Shown here piece after piece: positions 26,206 through 39,424 of a DNA stretch of 64,000 nt; the stretch's first letter is position 1, and each line of letters starts with the position of its first letter. This DNA comes from Lingula anatina (taxonomy: Eukaryota > Animalia > Brachiopoda). The notes beneath the pieces were generated by a model. It was not told where the DNA came from. It saw nothing but the letters and a program-made list of their open reading frames with translations, and searched no databases. A program made the translations under genes and the position numbers. Location of the stretch: positions 31,806,001 through 31,870,000 of the forward strand of contig CM120642.1 in the NCBI GenBank assembly GCA_051362555.1, in the 5' to 3' direction.

Positions 26206-28763
26206 ATGGCTTCGAAAGTTTCACCGTGTTTGGGGATATTTCTTGTCATCGTCAATGTTTGCATGACCACTGCTTCCCCTCTGGACGCAATTGGTCTTTT
26301 CATGATCGAAGAGGGATTTCGTCATGATGGTTGGTCGCTGGGCACGGTAAAACTTCGCTCCCTCTCCGAGTGCGGTTCTAGATGTTTGGGCATCGCAGGG
26401 TGCTTGGCGGCCAATTATGAAAGTTCTTTAAGGGACTGCGAATTACTCAGTAATATCACTGGACAAGGAGAAGTAGCTGGGGTCAACTCTGCATGGACTA
26501 GGCTAGGTCTGTATATACTGGAACAGTTTTAAACATTTGGTAAACTTTGCAGGAAATGTCTTTAACCGACCGCCGAATATATTTAGATACTTTCCGATTT
26601 TTCTATTTATTTTATTTTATTTATTCTATGTTATTTTATTATTTTTTTATTTTAATAAATATAATTTATTTTTTCCTTCCATCTTTGCTGAAATGTAAAT
26701 TATATCTTTAAGCTTGAAAATTATACAACATGCATGATTGTCATTCATAGATTTATATCTAACTCTCAGTATTTTTCATTCGTACTTTGAACATTAATCA
26801 AAGTGCAAATGTAAATAAAACGACATTTTCAACCTACATCTATTTGATTCTGTTGTTTTGTGTATGATAACAAATTTTGACAGCAAACTAGCCTCGGCGA
26901 CTCTTCTCAATTCATGCACTCATAAATGTCTTTTTATTTTATTAAATGTTTTTTTTAATTTTTCAATACAACATTCACTTTGGACATTTCATGAAATTAT
27001 CTCGTAAATATTTCTATTAAAGCAGCTGAGCAGGCTGTCATGTTGACGGGCATGATGTTGACAGGCGGAAACAACATTTTTTTCCAAATGCGGGTACTCA
27101 CTTTACTCTTAAAACTACCTACTGTAAGGAAAGTTTATACAATTTTCGAAACAAATTCTGTTCTTTTAATTATATTTATTCTGAAAGAAATGTTTTTTTA
27201 AACAGTGCTTGAGGACTCTTCTAAGGCAATGGGTCCGTACGGTGGCTCCTCAGGAGATTGGTTCAGTGATTATGGACCATCTCTGTATGGCCCCATTTCA
27301 AGTATTTTAATACAACACGGAGGTTTAATCGACGGGTAAGTAATTATCATGGGTGCCTTACGAACATCAGTCGTTATATGTTGTATGTGCACTGTGTGCT
27401 CCATGAAAAATTAAGTGGCAGCGTTTATTGTTTTATACAGTATGAAGAGGTTAATTTTATACTTTAATTGTAAGGACCGAGAACCACATATAAACTTGTA
27501 GTAGATCCCCTGTGCATGAATGTTTTGTCCATTTCAAGACCCGTAGAAGGCAACTTTTACCGGTAAATATTTTTTTTGAAAAAAATATTGATTTTTCCTT
27601 CCTTTATTCTTCCCTTAGCATTGTCAACTTTGCATTATCCGCCCTACACAGTATTGAATGCGGATCCGTTGTTCATATTAATTATTCATTGGGTCAGACC
27701 TGTCTTACCATACCATTAATATCACCATATAAATTATAAATCACATCTGTAAACAACACGTTTCAGAATCCAGTTCATCTATGGCGACAACACGGAAGGG
27801 ACCTTTGCTGGGGGACGCACAGCCGGTACCTCAACGTTGGTTTTCAGCTCCGACGAATACATACAAAAGTAAGCATTGTTCTGTACCAGTCGTAAGATAT
27901 AGGGGGCATTCATAACAAATTGGTCTGCAGACTAACAGATCCGCGGATCAAATATGGCCGACCCACATAAAAGCAGAGCCGACTGGTCCCCTGATGGTCT
28001 CCCTGCCTCTGCACACGCCATGAAACGGATTAAATGTAGGCTTCGGGGTTTAATTGATAGATCCCCGCAGGGACGGTGCGTGTGGAGACAGGGAGACCAT
28101 CAGCTAATTAGTCGGCTCTGCTCCAATGTAAGTCCGCAGATCATTTTTTTTCTGAAAGCCCTCATACACACTCTGTACATGTTTAGACTAAGGATTTATT
28201 ACAGTTAATGTGTTTATGAACGATCATACTTTCGATTTATAAAACGTAATTAACTACTACTCATTTAAGCTACCACTTTACTCACTTTAACCTTCAATAT
28301 TTTCGCGTTAATTAACCAATTGTGCACAGTCCTGAGGGTACTACGGAGAAAACTTCCCAGTAAGAAGAAATAGAACTCATTATTATTTTTTTATTTAATG
28401 TTTATTACTTAATAATGGGCTTTGTCGCGACATTCATACTCAGGTGGCGGCTATTGAAAACTCATCGACCATTTCCACCTGTGTCTCTATTATTTTCCTT
28501 TTAACCATAGTATACCGGGAATGGTATGAAATGACTACTAATGACAATAATCAATGACTTGCAGGATTCGCATCAGCATGGATCAAGGGTCAGAGTATAT
28601 TGGTCAGCTGTACTTCACCACGAACAAACACACCTACGGTCCATATGGACAGCAGAACACGACATTGTGGGACGTGGAGCACGGAGGGCAACCCCTGATT
28701 TACGTGTCTGGAAGATACAGCAGTTATCTGAACGCCTTGACATTTCACTGGAAAGACTTGTAG
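26206..28763 (+). CDS. Secreted PAN/Apple domain + jacalin-like lectin B, 243 aa
   Basis: Exons 26206-26506, 27206-27335, 27767-27868, 28565-28763. Sizes 301/130/102/199 are identical to lectin A, and the motifs are the same. Confidence 0.88.
27902..28162. mobile_element. MITE-like insertion in lectin B intron 3
   Basis: Imperfect TIRs GGGGCATTCATAACAAATTGGTCTGCAGACT / AGTCCGCAGATCATTTTTTTTCTGAAAGCCCTC. Absent at the homologous position of lectin A. Confidence 0.6.
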
Positions 28764-31700
28764 GCTCCCATATTGGCTTGTCTTATTCATTGATTGTATT
28801 TGCTCTTACCATATGATGTGGCCCAAGTGCTGAGTTATTGAATACCGGCCACAGCTTTTTTTTTCTTCCCGAAGGTGAGGCCTCTTTCAACACTGTGTAA
28901 TAAACTTTTGTAGGAACCCTGCGTTAAACGATACACAATATCAAAAACAAGATTGCAATGATTTATTTTTTTAGTCATAGTTGCTAGATTTTTCGTAAAG
29001 AAATGCAACAAACCTCATGGAAAGGATAATTGGACGTTCAGTACAAATGTGGTAGATTCTTCAGGAGGTTGTAGACTTATTTGTTTAATCATGTTTGAAC
29101 CTTCAAGGCTAGTATTATACGGAAAAGTGAATTTAAAACTTATACATAAAAAATGCTCGGATTAAAGGGAACTTACGGCGGGCTGGTTTGGCCTCGATTT
29201 GCAAAAGTTAGAATATTAAATTTTTTTAAAATACATATATATATTTGCGAAAGACGTAATCGAATTGGTAGTTATAACTCTATTGTCGAACAAGAGACTT
29301 TGCTTACTTTGCTTTTTTTTTTTTTTTTTTTTTTTTTGTAAAAAAAATTCTTAAGAACATTTGGCTAGGAGGAGATTCACGCGTGAAATACTAAAAAAAA
29401 ATAAAGATTTTGGTTGTGATTTCTATTCGTCTTTCTTAACCAGCACCCCTTCCAGTTGATTTTTTAAAGAATATTTTCATGGTAAAAGAAAAAAAAACCT
29501 TGTTGATGTTGTTCACTATCATGAGCCTCTACACTCTGTCTCGATTTAATTTATTTTCCATCTAATAAAGTTTATGTGAGTTGGTGAAATTTTGAAGTTA
29601 ACACAGACCACAGACCTACAGTTGTGGAGTAAAAATGTTCTTTCATTAATATAAAATTATACTTCATCACGTAAAAACACGGAAACCATAAGTGTCATAG
29701 CATTTCATGAACCATTAGTTGTATAACATAACATCATCTTATATATTCTTGCATGCAATTTACTCTATGTTTTATGTCATCTAAGGTAATCAGTTGTAGC
29801 ACTTGCTTTATTTCGAGACAACGGATTATTCCATGTGAAGCTATGTTCTTTCCTTGCATCCGTGCGTGTTCATCATGGTGTGATCAAACTTGGCCATGGA
29901 AAATTCTCTTGGCTTGATCTGTTTCGGTCCCTAATTATTGTTTAATACATGTAGCTTAAAACTTTAAACACTACCATGAAAATAATTTCGTAAAATTTAT
30001 ATATACGCAGAATTTTATGAATAAATGCATTTTTTCGCCCACAAAAGTAACTTGTAGATTTTTGTGTTGTCCCAGGTGTTAGATGTTGCGTTCACAACAA
30101 AATTTACAAATTTGTTTTTAGCGCGATCAATACAGCCAAGAATAATTAAATGCGCCCACTTTAATAATAACTGTTTAGCACCGGCGGTAAGATTGATAGG
30201 AACTTGCTCCTTAATTTTCAAATGGAAGTTAAATGACATTCAATAAGACAGCCACCTTTGTTTTCTCTCTGAAAATAGTAATTAAAAGACAGGACCAACC
30301 ACTACAGTTTTACTAAGTACTCTCGTATTCAATCAAAATTTAACTACGCAAGCTGTAAAGGTAGCCCCTAATGCCTTTCAACCTCGGTCCCACAGCCTCG
30401 GGAATTAAGGAATGTACTTTTATCATCATCATCATCAGATGCATTATAGTTTAAATGTACATGTATCATGCACTAGTGTATTATTTCCTTTATTAATATT
30501 ACTTCTAAATGAAAAAAAAAAAAACGAAATGTAAGGACAATTGTAATACAAGGCCGGAGGCCTACATATTTACAGAATAAACTCTTTATCATCATCAACA
30601 TCATTTATTAGCGCGTCATATGCATAGAACACCCAGCAGGGCTTATAAGACACCTGTTATATACAATTTTTTCTTTCTCAGATTAAAAAAAAAAATAACA
30701 AAAAATTTAATAATTGCCTCAATTTTTTCCATTAAATCTTCTATGGAAATGTCATTTATATCATTTGTTTTGATACCCAACTTTTCATAAAATGCACACG
30801 TCTTTCCTCAATATAAGCAGTGCACCGAAGTAAGAATTGACTCCCATCTTCTGAATTTTTGTTTGCATAGTTGGCATATTCTTTCATTAATAGGCTTACA
30901 TTAAAAGACAAAATGCATATTCGAAATTGAGTTAAAATCAACTTTTCTTTTCTGTTTAAATCTATGTATAAATATTATTCAGTTTTCATTTCTTTTTTTT
31001 TTTAATGTCATATATGTTCGAAGTGTCTGCCAAAATGTCTTTTCTCATTTAATTTGGAATTTTTCATAAAAAAACAGTTTTTAAATGTATTCTGTATCCA
31101 CAATTTCTTTTCAAAATATGAATGTCCATTTTACAGAATCTGAAGATCTCCCTTACCTTGGAGCGCCAATTTTCCCCCAATTTATAATATTCAAAAAAAT
31201 TTGTTTGACAAATCTTTCATTTTGGGCGAGTTCTAAATTATTCCAAAGTCTGAATATGTCCTACCATCTGCTAAATTTCAGTGGTATCCGTATTAAGTCA
31301 CCATATGGAGAAATTTTTGGTGCAAATCGGTGAACTCCTAAATAGTATTTTAACGCTTTTCCATATTTTTCAAAACTTAAATTCAACATACAATTGTCAA
31401 TTGTTACATAGAGATTTTTTACCATCGCATGATAATGCCAGTTGTTAAAAATCATTTAAAGACTATATTTGCATTGAACATTTGATCACTTGACAAAATG
31501 AGGGTTTCATTTGTTTTAAGACATAAAATTCTTGATATTTCGGGGGACTTAGAAAGAAAACGCCCATATCTTAAGAGTCATTTTACATAGTTCATTGTCT
31601 TTGACATGGAACCTTTGGTCTAAAAACAACGTCACCTTTTTAATGAGTGCACAAGAAATGGCCATTCACGCTTGATGCACAGTTTAAAATAATCATTTCT

Positions 31701-32610
31701 ACTGGTACTTCCAAGCCTTTTTAAAAACCTCGCGTGCTGTTTACGACTGATTGTTTAAAAAAATCATTACAAAAATTGCACTGGAGACAGTCCCCGCTAT
31801 CAAGATTTACTATCTGTTATAGAGGTGATTATCAAGTGATGTCGTGCCATGGCCAATTTCCAGTAGCTTTTACGGGTCACCTTCGTAGAAATTTGTCTCA
31901 AAGGTGAGTCGATAGTACCATACACGAGCGGACTGATAAGGCAAACATCATAATTCCGACATGATTACGGAACATTAGCCTTTTCAAACCCTGCATGCGG
32001 GTCTCAATTTTGATAGTTACCGTCGGTGAAGGCTAACAACGGTTTATACTTATGGTTTTGAACATGCAGTACTTAAAAAAAGCGATGTTTGAAGAATCGA
32101 ATAGCTCGATACTCTTTTATTTTTGTTCGTTAGTCGAGACAGTAAAAATGGTGAGGGAACTGGATCAAAAATATCATATTACATTGCGTTTCTGCGACAA
32201 CTCATACACAAGACGAGAATTGTAAGCAAGTGCGTCGTCACGATGAAACTTCTAGTTATCTTTGAACTCACCTCTTCCAAATGGAGTGAGATATCTGTAA
32301 ATGAAATAACAAGTTATAGGTTGTCAATTAAAAAGAGAAGCGTCACTTTCTGTGACCTAAAATGAATAAAATGAGTTGTTTGCAGTTGTTTCTTGCGCAT
32401 TTTTTGATTCTGGGGTTTTAACACGAGCGATACAGGGGTTATTAAAAGGGTATTGACCCTGCTGGGATAAGTGAAGATCTCAATCTACAGCAGATCACAG
32501 CATCCTGAACACCACTGTCATCTCTATATATCCATTAGTCAACACCCAGTGGATATATACAGTACACACAAAACTACAAACGTCTTTTTTTTCTCTTGGG
32601 CCTCAAGTCC

Positions 32611-32643
<33 letters not shown>

Positions 32644-32856
32644 GTCTTAGTTGCATTTTCAAAAGTCATTCATAGCTGGCATTAACAAAATGAAAAAATT
32701 ATGCAACTAATACACGCACGCAAGAGGCATATAATCTTATCTCTGTATATCATTATTTCCTAGATACTGTATATCAAAGAACAACAATTGCTTTTGAATG
32801 GATTCACGCCCCATCATTAGAAAAAATGTGCTCTCGAGTCACGCAATCTGCTCTGT

Positions 32857-32864
32857 TATAAAAA
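32857..32864 (+). promoter_or_regulatory. TATA box of GY-rich gene 1 (conserved at 37453 and 48858)
   Basis: CTCTGTTATAAAA about 110 nt upstream of the ATG in all three copies. Confidence 0.75.
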
Positions 32865-32965
32865 ACTGACATGTGTCACTGTCTCACTATCCACTCCAGC
32901 CTTTGTTTGGCAAACGTCCCAGATCCACTCCAGTGAGAGAGAAAGTCGCGCTGTCAACTTTGACC

Positions 32966-33226
32966 ATGAAGGCCGTATTTTTGTTAGCTCTTATTGCCGT
33001 CTGCGTTGCCGTGACCATGGGCGCGGGATACGGCAGACGCTACGGTTATGGTGGCTACAGTGGTGGATACGGCGGATATCGTGGTGGCTACAGTGGTGGA
33101 TACAGGAGAGGATATGGTGGATATGGTGGATACAGCAGAGGTTATGGTGGATACAGCAGAGGATATGGTGGATACAGTAGAGGATATGGCGGTTACAGTT
33201 ACTATCCCACCGGCTATAAACATTAA
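32966..33226 (+). CDS. Secreted Gly/Tyr/Arg-rich small protein 1 (86 aa)
   Basis: ACCATGA start; signal peptide MKAVFLLALIAVCVAVTMG; GGY(S/G)RGY repeats. 3'UTR intron 33241-33929 (GTAAGT...TTTTAG). AATAAA at 34122. Confidence 0.92.
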   Translation: MKAVFLLALIAVCVAVTMGAGYGRRYGYGGYSGGYGGYRGGYSGGYRRGYGGYGGYSRGYGGYSRGYGGYSRGYGGYSYYPTGYKH

Positions 33227-34759
33227 TACAACGGAGAAAGGTAAGTTGTTTTATGGCATTGCTTGATTTTTCCCTATTTCAAGAATGAAAATTATAGTAT
33301 TAGTGAGTAATTATTTAAAAGATGTTTTAATAAAACAGGTACAGTATTCGGTCCGGAAAGTATACGTTTTGAATACAAATTACACGATTATTTATGTAAT
33401 CCCACTTTGGTCCCTCCTGTTGGTCGGTGTACAGAGCACTTGTTCAGCTGAAGGTTTAAAAGAATCAGGGGGCTACCGCGGATTGGGGGGGGGGGCATGA
33501 AGCATGCACTTCCTGAGATTAAAATCATGGCGTCTATTTCAATCATCTGCACAAAGCTTAAACAGTATTATTGGTGCAAATGACCAACAAGACGGATCTT
33601 CATATTTTTATATTTTTATCAATCCCCACAGTCAACTTCTCATTAATCGTTCGTTCAAGAAAATGTATTGAGTCGATCCTTATTTATTTATTATTGATAA
33701 ATTCATTTTTCATTCATCTATTTATTTTATATTGATTAATTTTACTTACATTACTTTATACTATTTTTAAATATTTCCTTCACTTATCTTCGTGCTTTTC
33801 TTTTCCATTTATTTGTCCATTATATTTTCGTTCGTTATTGTGCATGATTTTTCCAAAATCTCTCCCAAGATGTTTTTATTTTATTTTATTTATTTTTTTA
33901 CAATTTTCTTGTACTCTTTTTTGTTTTAGCCATATTGACATACGCCACAAAAGCCATCAGTTCTTACAAACGACACTTCGAACCGTCACCAGTTTGTGAA
34001 GAAACCCCACGATCTACGGTCTACGATCATGCGTACGGCTCACTGATCAACGAAATTTCTCAATTCTTGACCTGGACAAGATTTGTCTAGAGAGTTTCTT
34101 GTAGCTTAACTTATTTTCGACAATAAAAACAAGTTTTGTGGCTTAAAACTGACTCGTCGTTTTCTCTTTATCTCGTTTCTCGTCACAGGAAAGATTATAT
34201 TGGGGTGAGGAAGGGTGGGATAATAACTGAGAGAGCTTCCATTGAACATAATATAAATCTTCCATGGGCAGCGAGTTTGGGAGTGGGATTAACGGAAAGC
34301 ACATTTTGTTTAGCGAGGTTGATGGCCCAGTAGTAAGTAAAAAGCCCATATATTGCTAATTAAAAATAAATTAAATAGAAAGCATATTACATTTTATAAA
34401 TCGACAACAATCGTCGCGGAGGAGTTTGGAGGAATTTAGGTTATTTATTTTTATTTCTTTTTTTAAGATAACATATTACTCCTGAGTCTTAAAAAGTATT
34501 ACCGTAAAGCGGTGCAATCCGTCTGTTTGTATCGTCGCGATCCAATGGTGCAGCGTCACAACGATGTATATTAAAGCGTTTATTTTCAGCAAAACAAGAT
34601 CGCCCTTGACAATTAAGATAGATAGTAGGGTCAAAGTTTCAAGAGACTTTAATCTATCAAATTGCCCATAATTTTACTGACAATGTGGATATACCTGATG
34701 TGGGCTCTACTTCGTCATGTGTAATTTACATAACAGTAGAAAAGAGGTCATACAAATGT

Positions 34760-35195
34760 GTCAAGTATATTAATCAGTATCATTATTATTATTATTGTTG
34801 ACAGCATCTAAGAGGATTCTGATATTTATATCGGCTCTCCCTCCGTGTCTAATGTTCCCATTCCTTTGCTACAATAAAAATAAAAAATAAAACGATTTTT
34901 CACTTTTTGAATTCCCAGTCATTTCTCATGGTTATTAGCCTCGTGTTCTCGAGTTTCGGTATCTTTTCTCCCTTACTCTGTACGAATATGTCAAGCGTAC
35001 TAATCAGTATCATTATTATTATTATGATTTTTATTATTATCAACATTTAAGAGGATTTTGCTATCTATTTCGGCTCTCCTTCTTTGTGTCTAATGTTCCC
35101 TTTCCTTGATTACATTAAAAAATTGCATAGTAAAATGCTTTCTGACTTTATGAATTTCCCATGATATTCAGCCTCCTTGCGTCTTCTTGAGTTTA
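34760..35195. repeat. Local diverged tandem duplication (2 x ~210-230 bp)
   Basis: TGTCAAG...TAATCAGTATCATTATTATT...AAGAGGATT...CGGCTCTCC...GTGTCTAATGTTCCC occurs at ~34760 and ~34990. Confidence 0.75.
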
Positions 35196-37563
35196 AATGT
35201 TTTTAAATCTTATCGTAAAAACAACATTACCTTGTACAAATTTATATATGAGACATCTGATACAATGAACATGGACTACAGCCTACTACAGTGATATTGA
35301 AAAACTACAGAAAATGCGCCAGACAAGCATAAATAATGAAGACGACCTTATGGGTAGGAAAACATCAAATCTAACGCTATTTCCCCTTCTTTTCTTCTGT
35401 TCCGAGTCTCCTGTACATATATAAATATACTGTATTATTATACTTGTAAAAGTCCTACGCTACGTGTTTTTTAATACGGTGGGCGTTTTGAATTGCATAT
35501 CAGTAGATTCTCCATATTGTACCCTGCGACTTACGTCAGGCAAAACATACATTTTCCCATGGGCATTTTTCAGAACAGTCGACTAAAAAGGATAATTATA
35601 AATAGGATATGGTTTTGTTTGTAAAGTCATTGTACAAGTTGAATTTTCCACCCATTAAATACAAATAAAAAGCAGTTTTATCATTACGACATATTTTTTA
35701 GCAGTAACGCTGTTAAGATATCATTAAGTCTATCATAATATTGCCATAATAGGGCATGTGTCCTGTCAAAACATGAATATTGCCAAAATAAATACGTCTC
35801 AAAAATGTATTCTAACGATGACTACCAAATATAAGATATCGTCCACATTTTCACATTTTTTACTAAGTATTTTACCAAAATAATCATTTAGAATTTGAAA
35901 CAAGCTTGAGAAATTTGACGCCTCAGAAGATCTGGCTTTGATGCATTTTTTTTTCAGAGTGGAAACGGATTTTTACGCGACCGCGTATTTGGCGAGGGTG
36001 ACATTCAAAATTTTTTTTTTTTTATTTATTTTTTTTTTATTTATTTTTTTGTCACCCGCGTTTATTTTGGCATGACACATGGGCCGATAATAAGGTGACA
36101 ATTGGAACAGCTTTGCAGGTCTAAAACAATATGAAATAATGTAGATTATGAATTTCTCCGTCACTGAATATGCTCATTTTGTGTTTATTTATGTCGTCAT
36201 TCCATTATGAATGCAGCTGCGAACTCCGCATTACCCAATTATACCATCCACGTATTGTTGGGCAGTGATGCAACGAAGCGTTACTCGGGCGTGGTTAAGA
36301 CGATCATGTTTTGTCTTGGTGCAACGGGAGTAAGCAAAGAGAGTGAAGCTGGCGCACGGACGCCGCTCGTTGCGCGTTACGACAGTCGTATCCGAGTAAA
36401 TTTACGCCCTGTTGGTGCAACTGGGCCCTGGTGAAGATACCCATATTTTATACTATTTATTCGAATTTAGAGCACCCAGTCAAATCTCAGAAATTTGATG
36501 GTCCAAAGAGGTAAACCAATGTCCATAAAATCAAAAAGACGCAACCAAATCTCACCAAATTTACACACAATTAGCACCAACATGTGCTCGTTAAGTGCCG
36601 CGTGTCAAATAGCGTGCGTTTTTACCGCGTACTACAACAAGGGCAAGAATTCCTTTTGTAGATAGTTCCCCATTCATCCAGAAAAACTTGGTGAAATTGT
36701 TCCAGATTATTAGGGGGGTTCAATCTTCTCTGTTGCTAACACAAATTTATAACTCAATAGGGTATGCATTAGGGCTCAAAGAAGGATGTTCGATCCCCAG
36801 ATTCCATTGCGTTTCTGCAACAAATCATTCACCAGACGAGAATTGTGAGCAAGTGCGTCGTCACGATGAAACCTCTAGTTATCTTTAAGTCACCCCTTCC
36901 TAATAGAGTGAGATTTCCGTTTATTAGTTATTAGTTGTCAATTTCAAGATGAGCGTCGTTCTCTGTGACCAAAAATGGATAAAATGAGTCATTTGTAGTC
37001 GTTGCGCATTTTTAAATTCTGGGGTTTTAACAAGAGCGATGCAGAGGTAATTAAAAGGGGTTGGATAAGTGCTGGGATAAGTGATCTCCATCAACAGTAA
37101 ACACAGCATCCTGAATACCATTGTCTATTACACTATATATCCATTACCACTGAAGTCAACACTTAGTGGATAACGTTATAAAGTATACACGTAACTGCAA
37201 GTGTCTCTTTTCCTCTTGGGCCTTTCGTCTTTAAATTTTATTTTTTGTCTTAGTTGCATTTTCAAAGTCATTCATGGTTGGCATTAACAAAATGAAAAAA
37301 TTATGCAACTAATACAAGTCACACGCAAGACACATATAATCATATCTCTTCTTATTGCCTAGATATATCAAAGCACAACAAAATTGCTTTTGAATGCATT
37401 CCCGCCCCATCATTAGAAAAAATGTACTTTCGAGTCACGCAACCTGCTCTGTTATAAAAGGCTTACATGTGCCACTGTCTCACTATCCACTCCAGCCTCT
37501 GTTTGGCATACGTTCCAGATCCACTCAAGTGAGAGAGAAAAAGTCGCGCTGTCAACTTTGACC

Positions 37564-37821
37564 ATGAAGGCCGTATTTTTGTTAGCTCTTATTGCCGTCT
37601 GCGTTGCCATGGTCATGACCATGCCTGGAAAGTACGGTTATAGTGGTTACCGTAGCGGATACGGCGGCGCGTATCATGGTGGCTACAGAGGTGGATACGG
37701 CCGTAGATATGGTGGATATGGTGGATACAGCAGAGGATATGGTGGATACGGCAGAGGATACGGTGGATACGGTAGAAGATATGGTGGATACGGTAAAGGA
37801 TATGGTGGATACCGTGGATAG
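37564..37821 (+). CDS. Secreted Gly/Tyr/Arg-rich small protein 2 (85 aa)
   Basis: Same signal peptide and repeats; ends GYGGYRG*. 3'UTR intron 37861-38566. AATAAA at 38754. Confidence 0.92.
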   Translation: MKAVFLLALIAVCVAMVMTMPGKYGYSGYRSGYGGAYHGGYRGGYGRRYGGYGGYSRGYGGYGRGYGGYGRRYGGYGKGYGGYRG

Positions 37822-39424
37822 ATATTCCACCGGCTATAAACATTTTTACAACGGAGAAAGGTAAGTTGTTTTATGGTAGTGCTTTGATTTTTCACTTTTG
37901 CAAGAATGAAAATCTAAAATTAATCCGGGGGAAAATAGTGTCATAGTGATAATTATTTAAAAGATGTTTCAACAAAGAAGTTACAGGATTCGGTCCGGAA
38001 AGTATACGATTTGAATACAAAATAAACGATTATTTTCGTAATCCCACTTTCGTCCCCCTGTTGGTTGTCGTACAGAGCACTTGCTCATCTGAAATTTTAC
38101 AAGGATCAGGGGCTACCGGGGATTGGGGGGGGGGGGGCATGAAGCACGCACTTCCTGAGATAAGAATTAAGCCGCCAATTTAAATCATTCTGCACAAAGC
38201 TTCAAAAACATTATTGGTGCAAATGACCAACAAGAAGGATCTTCATATCTTTATATTTTTATCAATCCCCACTGTCAACTTCTCATTAATCGTTCGTTCA
38301 AGAAAATGTATTGAGCCGATCCTTATTTATTTATTTATTATTGATTAATTCATTTTTATTCATCTATTTATTTCATATTTATTAATTTTACTAACATTAC
38401 TTTGTACTATTTTAAAATACTTCCTTCGCGTATCTACGTGATTTTCTTTTCCGTTTATTTGTCCATTATATTTTCGTTCCTTATTTTGCATGATTTTGCC
38501 AATATCTCTCCCAAGATGTTTTGATTTCGTTTTTTTTACAATTCATGTATTCTTTTTTGTTTTTAGCCATATTGACATGCGCCACAAAAGCCATCAGTTC
38601 TTATAAACGACACTTCGAACCGTCACCAGTTTGTGAAGAAACCTCAATCCATCTACGCTCATGTGTACAGCTGACTGATCAATGACATTTCTAAGTTCAT
38701 GATTTTGACGAGATTAGTCTAGAGAATTTACTGTAGCTTAACTTATTTTCGACAATAAATGCAAGTTTTGTGGCTTTAAACTGACACGTCGTTTTCTCTA
38801 TATCTATAGATTATATATCAAAGAAAGCAGTTTGGGAGGGGAAGGGTGGGATAATCGCCGAGAGAGCCGAGTTTGGGAGTGGGATTAACGGAAAGCACAT
38901 TTTGTTTAGAGAGGTTGATGGCCCAGTCGTAAGTAAAAAGTCCATATATATTGCTTATAAAAAATAAATCAAATAGAAAGCATATTACATTTCATAAAAC
39001 GACAGCAATCGTGGTGGAGAAGTTTGGCGGAATATAGGTAATTTGTTTTTCTTTCTCTTTTTTAAGATAACATTACATCTGGTACTTAAAAAAGTATTAC
39101 CGTAAAGCGGTGCAATCCGTCTGTTTGTATCGTCGCGAAACTAATGGTCGCGATGATGTATAAAGGTTTATTGGCATAAATTTAAATGACATTGCCCTAG
39201 AAAATCGTGGTTGTTGGATCTCAGTTACAATAATATCTGTGCTGTCATCATCATCAGAGGTTCTCTTCTCTTCAGAGACTGGGGCGAGCGTGGAGGATGT
39301 TTGTTACTTCCTCCAAGAAATCAGTTCATTTTTTTTTCGGTTCAATTTTAAATTTTTAAATTTCGACGGAGACACAGAGGTATGCGCCTGTGCATTTTTT
39401 ACGATCATATGATATATTTAAAAA

